Shown here: positions 1 through 7,048 of the stretch, one piece after another
Position numbering within the stretch: position 1 is the stretch's first letter
How the letters are laid out: the number at the start of each line of letters is the position of its first letter
Origin: Dubosiella newyorkensis
Lineage (GTDB): Bacteria > Bacillota_I > Bacilli_A > Erysipelotrichales > Erysipelotrichaceae
NCBI RefSeq assembly: GCF_001945605.1
Contig: NZ_MPKA01000095.1
Span: forward strand, 1 to 13,740
Length of the DNA: 13,740 nucleotides
Direction of reading: 5' to 3'
Notes under the pieces: generated by a model
What the model saw: the letters and a program-made list of their open reading frames with translations, nothing else
The model's database searches: none
What the model was told of the DNA's origin: nothing
Position numbers and translations under genes: made by a program

Positions 1-440
1 CACCATACACTGTCGGGATCTTTTGGATTGAATTGTCTTTTCAGAAGATTGTGAAGTTTTCGATCATTCCCTTTAGATATGGTCGTTTTTATCTTGTGTT
101 TCAGATATTTCGGTTTGATATTGGCTTCTTTCATAATCGAATAGACATACTTCTGGCATCCTTGGATCCCTTTCTTGTGCAGGATCTCTGCGATCTTGGG
201 CGAGCCATACAGCTGGTGCGAATCGTTGTAGATCTTGACGATTGCTTTTTTTGTTTTTTCCCGTCGGACTTTTGTCTTGGATGGTTTGGATCTTAAATAC
301 TTGTAGTAGCCGGAAGGGCTCTTCTCCAATATAGCCAGTATACCCGCTATCGATGCTTTGGGATGTTTCTCTTTGTATTCCTGGACCGATCGATAGAGGA
401 GACGAGCCGTTACTTGCCGAGTATACTGATTGCTTTTTTT
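1..440 (-). CDS. IS3-family transposase OrfB, N-terminal part only (-1 frame relative to orfA, truncated by the window edge)
   Basis: Hand translation of the -1 frame has no stop: KKSNQYTRQVTARLLYRSVQEYKEKHPKASIAGILAILEKSPSGYYKYLRSKPSKTKVRREKTKKAIVKIYNDSHQLYGSPKIAEILHKKGIQGCQKYVYSIMKEANIKPKYLKHK...LLKRQFNPKDPDSVW. This pattern is typical upstream of the DDE domain of IS3 OrfB. Confidence 0.85.
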
Positions 441-697
441 AATACATTGAGCGCGTCCTGGGTATCTCTGAGCTGCTTTTTAAGATGGGCGATCTCTTTG
501 GCTTCATCGCTGGCATAGTTGCCGGATCCTCTTACGACGACCTGATCGTCATGCTCTTTATAGCTTTTTACCCATCCTCCAATTGTTGTGTCATGGACTC
601 CGAACTGTTGCGCGATCTGGGTGTAGGCAAGGTCTGGATGATCGAGTACATACTGAATCACCTGTTCCTTAAATTCTTTGTCATATTGCTTTGCCAT
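410..697 (-). CDS. IS3-family transposase OrfA (helix-turn-helix DNA-binding subunit)
   Basis: 95 aa, MAKQYDKEFKEQVIQYVLDH...YTQIAQQFGVHDTTIGGWVK, with a C-terminal leucine-zipper-like LKKQLRDTQDALNVLKKA. An AGGAGGAATGAAAA SD precedes the ATG. The ORF ends just after the slippery site. Confidence 0.9.
   Translation of the reverse strand: MAKQYDKEFKEQVIQYVLDHPDLAYTQIAQQFGVHDTTIGGWVKSYKEHDDQVVVRGSGNYASDEAKEIAHLKKQLRDTQDALNVLKKAISILGK
434..440 (-). promoter_or_regulatory. Programmed -1 ribosomal frameshift site (A AAA AAA G) joining orfA and orfB
   Basis: A run of seven T on the + strand at 434-440 gives AAAAAAA-G on the coding strand, 24 nt before the orfA stop. The orfB frame is open from exactly here. 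Confidence 0.75.
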
Positions 698-781
698 TTT
701 TCATTCCTCCTCATTCTGGAATTCAAATTGTTCTTCTTATGACATTCTACCACTTGAATTTTCAGAGGTTTAAGGGATGCA

Positions 782-1213
782 CCATTAATACTAAATCCAG
801 CGCCTTCAAATATATGCTTGCCCGAAAGGAAGAGCTGAGCAGCTACCTGGACAACGGAAGTCTGCCGATGACCAATTCGCTTGCCGAAAGGACGATCCGA
901 AATTTTGCGGTAGGAAGAAACAACTGGCTGTTTTCGGGAAGTCCTAGAGGAGCCAAGGCTTGCGGAGTACTCTACTCGATCGTAGAAAGCGCCAAAGCCA
1001 ATGGGCTGATCCCTTACAAATACATCCTTCACCTTTTAAAAGAACTCTCAAGACATGCTGGAAAGCTGACCAGCGAAATACTGGAACAATGTATGCCTTG
1101 GAATCCAAATTTGATCAGCATATGCCAATAAAAACAAAGACGCTCATCGCAGGTAGAGATATTGTCTCTGATTCGATGAGCGTTTTCTATACGCTGTTTT
1201 AATTCCCGCTTAC
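782..1213 (+). mobile_element. IS66-family element, 3' remnant only, interrupted on its left by the IS3 element
   Basis: The TnpC C-terminal coding fragment ends at 1131. The + strand reads CGCTTAC at 1207-1213, the reverse complement of the GTAAGCG motif that begins many IS66-family terminal inverted repeats. Confidence 0.75.
784..1131 (+). pseudogene. IS66-family transposase TnpC, C-terminal ~115 aa fragment
   Basis: ...SAFKYMLARKEELSSYLDNGSLPMTNSLAERTIRNFAVGRNNWLFSGSPRGAKACGVLYSIVESAKANGLIPYKYILHLLKEL... carries the conserved IS66 C-terminal signature (N..AER.IR.....R.NWLF). The upstream Met at 691 in the ORF track lies inside the IS3 element and is an artefact. Confidence 0.85.
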
Positions 1214-1310
1214 GAAAAACCTGAGAAAACACTTTTTTCCCAGGTTTTTGTACGAGATAATTCCAAATTGCTTTTAGTGCTTTATGGATTGGAATTTAAG
1301 TTTTCAGTTT

Positions 1311-1337
1311 ACGAAAAAAGATGCCTAAGAGCATCTT
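1311..1337 (-). terminator. Rho-independent terminator of the SGNH-DUF4358-MBOAT-DHHW operon
   Basis: On the minus strand, AAGATGC-tcttag-GCATCTT (7-bp stem, 1337-1318) is followed by TTTTTCG. It overlaps the TAA stop by 2 nt. Confidence 0.7.
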
Positions 1338-2499
1338 ATTGATTTGCCGTTTGTATAGCGCTATTCAAGACATCAAGAAGCGATGTATCAGTCTGAAACG
1401 AATTGTAGTTATACAAGAAGAGAACATCCGTGATCATATCAGATTCGATCAGCCGTGTGATGTCATCATAATAATACCGTGGATCGACGATCGTGATCGA
1501 GCGATAATACGGAAGAAGGAACTGGATCATGCTGTTGGCATAACTATCTTTAAAAATCAGTAGATGCCGAGTCGAATCCGTATTTAAATTGATCTGGACA
1601 AGACTATCGTTTCCTCCGAAGAAAACCTCATATTGATCCTTTCTATGCAGCGCTTCATCATCATAGATCGTAGGCACGGGATTTCCATCATTATTGTAAG
1701 TCACCAAATAATCTGGATTGTTTTTCGCCACATAAATATCGATCGTATCCTTCAAGAAGACGCTTCCCGTTTTCGACTCCAGAGTACCTCTAAACGAATT
1801 AGAAACAGGCATCCTTTCATAATCACTGTAGGCAATTTCCATTCCTTGAGACTTTAAAAACTGTTTTGCGGCATGATAGGCCCCCAAGCTCGTCCAGTGA
1901 TGATCTGTTTTATAATATTGGTATTTATTTTGGTTCTTCTCCAACGTCTTGCCCACATCCAAAGCGTGAATATCTTCTGGAAGCTGGCTATAAAATGAGT
2001 CGATCGTTTGCTGTTCGAATGCGCCAGGCGCAAATGGAGGTAACTTGTCTTGGTCGATTTGAGCCGCTGTTGGAACGATCATCACCGAAGTATTCAAAGG
2101 AAATCGGGCATGAAATGCTTGGATCGTCTGCGCTTTTTGGCTCATCAAAGCCTCATTGGGTGCTCCTGCTTCTTGAATCAGGGCACCTTTTCCTAAATAC
2201 ACATCATCGATCTTCTGGATCCCTGTTCCTTTCTTCAATAAATAATTCAAATGAAAATAGAGATTCCTTCCGACAAATTGATCAGAAAACCAATTCGTCA
2301 TGTTCCTAGTCCATGAACCATCTTCAAGACTTTGAAGCTGCAAGGCTGGAAAGGTCTGCAAAGGACGATTTTCTACATTAGAATGGTCGCGATCTGGCCA
2401 AATGACATTTATGATCAATCCCAAAACAAGAATGCCAGAAAGAATGACAGAAAACAGAAGAGCGGATCTTCGTTTCATAGAAGCTAATTTATTTTTCAT
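1336..2499 (-). CDS. DHHW-family protein (AlgJ/AlgX-like, SGNH-related acyltransfer accessory) with an N-terminal membrane anchor
   Basis: 387 aa with the YKTDHHWTSLGAYHAAKQF motif and an N-terminal hydrophobic segment LLFSVILSGILVLGLIINVIW. SD GAAAGGAGAG precedes the ATG. It starts 12 nt after the MBOAT stop. Confidence 0.85.
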   Translation of the reverse strand: MKNKLASMKRRSALLFSVILSGILVLGLIINVIWPDRDHSNVENRPLQTFPALQLQSLEDGSWTRNMTNWFSDQFVGRNLYFHLNYLLKKGTGIQKIDDVYLGKGALIQEAGAPNEALMSQKAQTIQAFHARFPLNTSVMIVPTAAQIDQDKLPPFAPGAFEQQTIDSFYSQLPEDIHALDVGKTLEKNQNKYQYYKTDHHWTSLGAYHAAKQFLKSQGMEIAYSDYERMPVSNSFRGTLESKTGSVFLKDTIDIYVAKNNPDYLVTYNNDGNPVPTIYDDEALHRKDQYEVFFGGNDSLVQINLNTDSTRHLLIFKDSYANSMIQFLLPYYRSITIVDPRYYYDDITRLIESDMITDVLFLYNYNSFQTDTSLLDVLNSAIQTANQ

Positions 2500-2511
2500 A
2501 CGCTCTCCTTT

Positions 2512-3894
2512 CTAAAATGCGTTGTACAAAAAGGTCTGCGCCGTTGAACTCACAAGATACGCTACCATCATCACGAACACGCAAATTTTAAACACCCCTA
2601 CGCCAATAACAGCCTGTTTAGAAAAGAGAAGAAAGATCTTCTTTTCGATTTTTTCATAGAGCGTTCCGCACAGCAAAAACGCGAATACGAAAAGCAACCA
2701 ATAGCTCGAGAGGTAAAAGAGCGCATTTTCGCTCGCAAAACTTGAAATGCCGATCCCAAGCATATTTCCGAGATGTGAAAAAGCAGTCATGATCGTCGGC
2801 GAAGAGAAAAACACCCAGCCTATATTGGCGATCAAGAATGTCAAAATGATATTTACGGCTGCTGGTAAGCGATCGATCCACTTTTGAAACAGGAATTTTT
2901 GTCCCAAAAGCAACAACCCGTAATAAAGTCCCCAAATAACAAATGTCCAATTGGGGCCGTGCCAGATTCCGGTCAAAAGCCACACGATCAAAATGTTGCG
3001 AATATACTTTTCTTTGGATACGCGATTTCCGCCAAGGGGAATATACACATAATCGCGAAACCACGAGGATAAAGAGATATGCCACCGCCGCCAAAAGTCT
3101 TGAACGCTTTTCGCAATATATGGATGATCGAAGTTTTTAGGGATCTCAAATCCAAACAAATATCCGATTCCGATCGCCATATCCGAATAGCCAGAAAAGT
3201 CATAATACAATTGAAACGTGTAAGCCAAGGAAAGAAGCCAGGCGCCCAAAAAAGAAGAATCGTTTCCCATGGCCGCAAACACCAAGGCGAGCTGGTCGGC
3301 AAAAAAGACTTTTTTGACAAGACCTTTTAAAAATAGATCCATGCCATGGGCAAAGCGGTCCTTTGAAATCGTTCGATGCTTTAAATACTGCTCAAAATCC
3401 GTATATTGAGAAATTGGGCCCATCGTCAGTTTTCCAAAAAAGGATACGTAGAGCCCAAACGCGACTACATTCTTTTGTGCTGGGCATTTATTCAAGTAAA
3501 GGTCCGCTAAATACGAAAGGATCGAAAATGTATAGAACGAAAGCCCGATCGGGGCATGGATATTTTGCGTTTGCGGCAAGATCGAGCCAAACCAAAATCC
3601 AATGTATTTATAAAAAGCCAAAACAGCCACATTATATAGAACCGAACTCCAAAAAATCAGTCTTCTTTTTCTTGGCATGTCTTGCGTTTGTTCAAGTTGC
3701 AGGCCTGAGCAGTAATTCCATACGATCAAAATCAGCAAAATATAAAGATTCTGGATCGACCCCCATGCATAGAAAAGTAGAGAAAGAAGGAGCAGGATGA
3801 CGTTTTGGACAGATGTTTTTTTCGTCCAAGCGCAGCTAGCCAGCCAGCTGAGCGGAAGAAAGCCAAATATAAACAATAGACTTGTAAAACTCAT
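2512..3894 (-). CDS. MBOAT-family membrane-bound O-acyltransferase (AlgI/PatA/DltB-like)
   Basis: 460 aa, polytopic, with the histidine box DFWRRWHISLSSWFRDYVYIPLGGNR. SD GGGGGA overlaps the upstream stop codon. Confidence 0.9.
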   Translation of the reverse strand: MSFTSLLFIFGFLPLSWLASCAWTKKTSVQNVILLLLSLLFYAWGSIQNLYILLILIVWNYCSGLQLEQTQDMPRKRRLIFWSSVLYNVAVLAFYKYIGFWFGSILPQTQNIHAPIGLSFYTFSILSYLADLYLNKCPAQKNVVAFGLYVSFFGKLTMGPISQYTDFEQYLKHRTISKDRFAHGMDLFLKGLVKKVFFADQLALVFAAMGNDSSFLGAWLLSLAYTFQLYYDFSGYSDMAIGIGYLFGFEIPKNFDHPYIAKSVQDFWRRWHISLSSWFRDYVYIPLGGNRVSKEKYIRNILIVWLLTGIWHGPNWTFVIWGLYYGLLLLGQKFLFQKWIDRLPAAVNIILTFLIANIGWVFFSSPTIMTAFSHLGNMLGIGISSFASENALFYLSSYWLLFVFAFLLCGTLYEKIEKKIFLLFSKQAVIGVGVFKICVFVMMVAYLVSSTAQTFLYNAF

Positions 3895-3902
3895 AGTTCC
3901 CC

Positions 3903-4388
3903 CTATAAACTCTTTTCAAATTGTGAAGCAATCTGCTCGGCTTGCGGTCCCACCACATACAATCCATAGTTAGCATGAGAGATGAGCTTCCCTTTTTTCA
4001 TCAAGTCATACTGCTCTGGCGCATAGCCTTCATATGTTGTTGTCTGGCTTTCGATTCGCTTTTGGATCGCGTCTAGGAAACTTTTTTTGGCTTCTTCTGT
4101 ATTGAATTTCGCTAGTACGAGCTCATCGGCATCCATCGCATTGTCGCTTCGATAAAACGCGATCTGTTCGAACATGGAGGCATCGAGATCTAAATAACGC
4201 TTTAGCGCCAAAACATCCTTTTGCGGATATTTGCTCATATCGACTCCCTCGATCGTCGCCTGAAGCACTTGGTCGAATGGAGCGTTGCTCATTGGCTCGG
4301 TCTGGAACAGTGGTGCAACGAGCACGAGAAGCGCTAGGATACAGCCTCCTTTGATCAACCACAATCCATAATCTTTGATTATTTTCAT
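3903..4388 (-). CDS. DUF4358-domain protein with an N-terminal anchor or signal (internal start chosen over the 4490 start in the ORF track)
   Basis: The ATG at 4388 is preceded by TAAGGGGATAATAGTGACT (SD AAGGGGA) and lies 16 nt after the SGNH stop. The product is MKIIKDYGLWLIKGGCILALLVLVAPLF..., then ...DELVLAKFNTEEAKKSFLDAIQKRIESQTTTYEGYAPEQYDLMKKGKLISHANYGLYVVGPQAEQI, which matches my recollection of the DUF4358 pattern. The 4490 start would overlap the upstream gene by 86 nt. Confidence 0.7.
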   Translation of the reverse strand: MKIIKDYGLWLIKGGCILALLVLVAPLFQTEPMSNAPFDQVLQATIEGVDMSKYPQKDVLALKRYLDLDASMFEQIAFYRSDNAMDADELVLAKFNTEEAKKSFLDAIQKRIESQTTTYEGYAPEQYDLMKKGKLISHANYGLYVVGPQAEQIASQFEKSL

Positions 4389-4404
4389 AGTCACTATTAT
4401 CCCC

Positions 4405-5160
4405 TTATTTTTGATTTTGACCCGCAAGATACATTTTTTCTGCCCATAGTTCATACGTAGAAGGCACAAAATGGATCCCATCGTTTTCATACATCGATGG
4501 ATCGCTGATCAAATCGGAATTATCAATATAGATCCATCCTCTTCGTTCGCAAAGAGCTCTCAATTGATCATTATATTCTGGGATCTTTTCTGCGATCGGT
4601 CCATCGCCTTGGATCGGTATGATGGAATTGACATAGATGTTCGCATCCGGAACGATGTCGAGTACCTTTTGAACGTACGATTCAAACAATTGATCATAAT
4701 GCAGTCCGTCATCGGCAAGCCCTAAATTGGATTCAATATCATTGATCCCAAAAGAGAGATATACATTTTTGGGATGGCGTTCTTGGATCGTTGGCAAATC
4801 TTGATCGATGCTTGTTACATTGACTCCTATTTTAGCAAGATTATTATCAAGCGGAATCCCGCAATATGAACTAAACCCTCTCATTCTTGAGTCGCCTAAA
4901 AACACATAGTCCGTAAATACGTCAGAATATTTTAGTTCGCCAGAATCGAGTTTTTCTTGAACTTCGTGGAATCGTCGCTCTTCGAGTTGATTGGATAGCT
5001 CAGTGATATCTTTCGCTTTTTGGCTTTTTAAATAAGCGATGCCATTCATCTTTTGTGCAGAAGAATGGAACGAAAATAGAATCGAAGCGATAAGAAGTAT
5101 TAAAATTCCTATAATGAAAAAAACCTTAAATCGTTTAAGGCCTTGTATGATCTTAACCAT
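4405..5160 (-). CDS. SGNH/GDSL-family hydrolase or acyl-esterase with an N-terminal membrane anchor
   Basis: 251 aa with block I VFLGDSRMRG, block III SFGINDIES and block V NDGIHF. The anchor is VFFIIGILILLIASILFSF. SD AAGGGGA precedes the ATG. Confidence 0.85.
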   Translation of the reverse strand: MVKIIQGLKRFKVFFIIGILILLIASILFSFHSSAQKMNGIAYLKSQKAKDITELSNQLEERRFHEVQEKLDSGELKYSDVFTDYVFLGDSRMRGFSSYCGIPLDNNLAKIGVNVTSIDQDLPTIQERHPKNVYLSFGINDIESNLGLADDGLHYDQLFESYVQKVLDIVPDANIYVNSIIPIQGDGPIAEKIPEYNDQLRALCERRGWIYIDNSDLISDPSMYENDGIHFVPSTYELWAEKMYLAGQNQK

Positions 5161-5191
5161 AATTTCCCCTTATTTTTATTGATTCTTTTTT

Positions 5192-5220
5192 AGAATAATG
5201 CGGTGCTACCAAAAAGTCAA
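5192..5220 (-). promoter_or_regulatory. Sigma-A-type promoter for the four-gene O-acylation operon
   Basis: Minus strand TTGACT (5220-5215), 17 nt spacer, TATTCT (5197-5192), about 30 nt upstream of the SGNH ATG. Confidence 0.55.
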
Positions 5221-5261
5221 TTTTTAAAAAGAAAAGTATAAAACTCAAAAAAGTACGGGAG

Positions 5262-5290
5262 TTTATTTTCAAAATCTTTCCGATTATAAT
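5262..5290 (+). promoter_or_regulatory. Candidate promoter for the HAD phosphatase gene
   Basis: A perfect TATAAT at 5285-5290 with only a weak -35 (TTTATT, 17 nt spacer). The ATG at 5319 is preceded by SD AGAGGA. Confidence 0.4.
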
Positions 5291-5318
5291 GGAACCATAC
5301 AAGAAAAGAGGAATACGC

Positions 5319-6125
5319 ATGAAACATAAAATTGTATTTTTCGATATGGATGGAACCTTGTATCAAACAGAAAACGATGTGATCCAAGATTCGACCATAG
5401 CTGCCATCCAAAATCTAAAAGAAGCTGGCTATATTGTGGCAGCCGCAACAGGGCGCCCTCTCAATCAAATGAAACTGATCCTGCAGCGTCTCGATTTCGA
5501 TTATTATGTTTTGATCAATGGAGGCTATATCTTGGATCATGATTTCAATATGATCTCAGCTTCCCCGATCAAACACGATACGCTAGAATCGCTTGTCAAA
5601 CTTGCCCAAGACCAAGAATATGGTTTGATGCTTCATTTTGGAGATGCCACATATATATACAACAATTTTTATCCAATGTATGATTTCAGCAAATACTGCA
5701 ATGTACTTGATTCATTGTTCTATGATCCGACTCAATCGTTCCATAAACGCCACGACGCGTACAATGCGGTCATTTTAACGAAGAATGTGCAACCGCTCCA
5801 AGATTTTATGGAAGATCATGAAGATCTTCGTTCCGATCTTATCAATGTGAAAACGAACGGCTTCTGCTATGATATCTTCAACGTGGAAAACGATAAAGCG
5901 CACGGAATCGAAATGATCTTAGAGCGTGAAGGTTTGACGTGGGATGATGTCATCGCTTTTGGCGACTCTACCAACGATACGAAAATGCTGGAAAAAGCGG
6001 ATATTGGGGTCGCGATGGGAAGCGCAAGCGATTATGTAAAGAGTTTCGCTAATTTTTCAACGACAGATATTCAAAACCACGGGATCTATAACGCATTAAA
6101 AAAGATCATGGCGGATGAAGATTAA
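5319..6125 (+). CDS. Cof-type HAD-IIB family hydrolase (sugar-phosphate phosphatase-like)
   Basis: MKHKIVFFDMDGTLY (motif I DxDGT), AATGRP (motif II) and AFGDSTNDTKMLEKADIGVAMGSA (motifs III/IV). The ATG at 5289 in the ORF track lies inside the -10 box, so 5319 with its SD is preferred. Confidence 0.85.
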   Translation: MKHKIVFFDMDGTLYQTENDVIQDSTIAAIQNLKEAGYIVAAATGRPLNQMKLILQRLDFDYYVLINGGYILDHDFNMISASPIKHDTLESLVKLAQDQEYGLMLHFGDATYIYNNFYPMYDFSKYCNVLDSLFYDPTQSFHKRHDAYNAVILTKNVQPLQDFMEDHEDLRSDLINVKTNGFCYDIFNVENDKAHGIEMILEREGLTWDDVIAFGDSTNDTKMLEKADIGVAMGSASDYVKSFANFSTTDIQNHGIYNALKKIMADED

Positions 6126-7048
6126 TCTTCAAACGCGATGATCTTTGATGGATCTAAATAAACAGGAGCCTTTAGTAAGGCTTCTTTTTTTGATTCTAAA
6201 ACACAAAAACGCGCATTGGCGATTTTACCGACAAAAAGAGTGGAATCTTCATACGGAATTTCGAATTCGAGTGTAAAGGTCCCATAACAGATCCAATATT
6301 CTCGTTTTTGAAACGAACAATCGCATGGTCGGATCCCATAGACTTTGTTGTTGATGTAAATCGTATTGATTCCGATCAAATCAAGCGAATTGGCGACATC
6401 GATACTTTGCGGATGTTCAAAGATATCGAATGGAGAATCGATTTGAACGAGATTTCCTTGATCCAGTGCGGCCAGGATCTCGCCAAGAAACTGGGCTTCC
6501 TGAAAATCGTGACTGACGCTGATCAATGTCATATTTCTGCTTTTTTGAAAATCGATCAAATCGATCAAAAGCTCTTTTTTGAGGGCTGGATTAAGGTGGC
6601 TGAACGCTTCGTCGAGTAATAAGATCTCTGGATTCGAGACGAGTGCCCGAGCCAATGCAACCCGCTGCCTTTCTCCTCCAGATAGATAAGCCGCTTTTTT
6701 GTCAAGGTACGAGGCTGTCCGCGTGCGGGCTGCGATCATTTTCACCTTTTTTGTGATCTCTTCTTTTGTATATTGGCGATGATCCAATCCATAAGCGATA
6801 TTATCAAAGGTGGTGAGATGATCAAAAAGAAGATCGTTTTGAAAGACCATCGCAATCTTGTTTGATTCTTTTATGATCGTTCCACTCGTGGGTGATTCGA
6901 GGCCGGCGATCAATTTAAGCAAGGTGGATTTGCCTGCTCCGGAAGGGCCAAAAAGGACGAAGCGTTTTCCAGCAGGAATATCGAGCGAGATCGAATGAAG
7001 AACTTCCTTTTTATCATATTTTTTCGTAATCTTTGTGATTTGAATCAT
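6122..7048 (-). CDS. ABC transporter ATP-binding protein, importer type (MalK/PotA/MsmX-like nucleotide-binding domain plus a short C-terminal domain). No cognate permease is in the window.
   Basis: Walker A GPSGAGKST, Q-loop VFQND, signature LSGGERQRVALARAL, Walker B ILLLDEAFSHL and H-loop SVSHD. The start ATG overlaps the upstream TGA (ATGA at 7045-7048). Confidence 0.9.
   Translation of the reverse strand: MIQITKITKKYDKKEVLHSISLDIPAGKRFVLFGPSGAGKSTLLKLIAGLESPTSGTIIKESNKIAMVFQNDLLFDHLTTFDNIAYGLDHRQYTKEEITKKVKMIAARTRTASYLDKKAAYLSGGERQRVALARALVSNPEILLLDEAFSHLNPALKKELLIDLIDFQKSRNMTLISVSHDFQEAQFLGEILAALDQGNLVQIDSPFDIFEHPQSIDVANSLDLIGINTIYINNKVYGIRPCDCSFQKREYWICYGTFTLEFEIPYEDSTLFVGKIANARFCVLESKKEALLKAPVYLDPSKIIAFED

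Larger units (their letters stand above)
1..781 (-). mobile_element. IS3-family insertion sequence, partial. It runs off the left window edge, and the right-hand end is approximate (+/-15 nt).
   Basis: It has the orfA/orfB arrangement with an A7G slippery run. The orfB frame is open from 440 to 1. IS66 TnpC similarity resumes only at about 785, and the + strand reads ...GGATGCA at 775-781, consistent with a TG...CA IS3 terminus. Confidence 0.85.

Noticed and set aside
33-296. 87-aa plus-strand ORF at the left edge
   Set aside because: It lies entirely antisense to the open IS3 orfB frame, whose translation has clear transposase character. The product is a low-complexity F/I/L-rich sequence and there is no SD.
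691-783. N-terminal 31 codons of the 146-aa ORF 691-1131 (MPFFIPPHSGIQIV...)
   Set aside because: This part lies inside the IS3 element, antisense to the orfA start and SD. Only the segment from about 784 onward is IS66 TnpC-like, so the Met at 691 is a fortuitous in-frame extension across the insertion junction.
658-1232. ORFs 658-1032 (-), 960-1202 (+) and 1029-1232 (-)
   Set aside because: They are shadow or alternative-frame ORFs over the IS66 TnpC fragment and the IS junction. They have no SD and no recognisable motifs.
1210-1318. 10-bp direct repeat TTACGAAAAA at 1210-1219 and 1309-1318
   Set aside because: I considered it as a target-site duplication. Both copies lie on the same side of the IS66 end, whereas a duplication would flank the element. 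The second copy is simply the T-tract of the operon terminator, so it is probably chance in AT-rich DNA.
1321-3800. Plus-strand and alternative-frame ORFs inside the DHHW and MBOAT genes (1321-1563, 1633-1857, 1866-2309, 2654-3094, 2884-3072, 2943-3140, 2988-3320, 3079-3330, 3363-3800)
   Set aside because: All are nested in or antisense to long ORFs with strong family motifs. They have no SDs and biased, non-protein-like composition.
4389-4490. Upstream extension of the DUF4358 ORF to the ATG at 4490
   Set aside because: It would overlap the SGNH gene by 86 nt and has no SD. The ATG at 4388 has a proper SD and gives a protein that starts with a signal or anchor segment.
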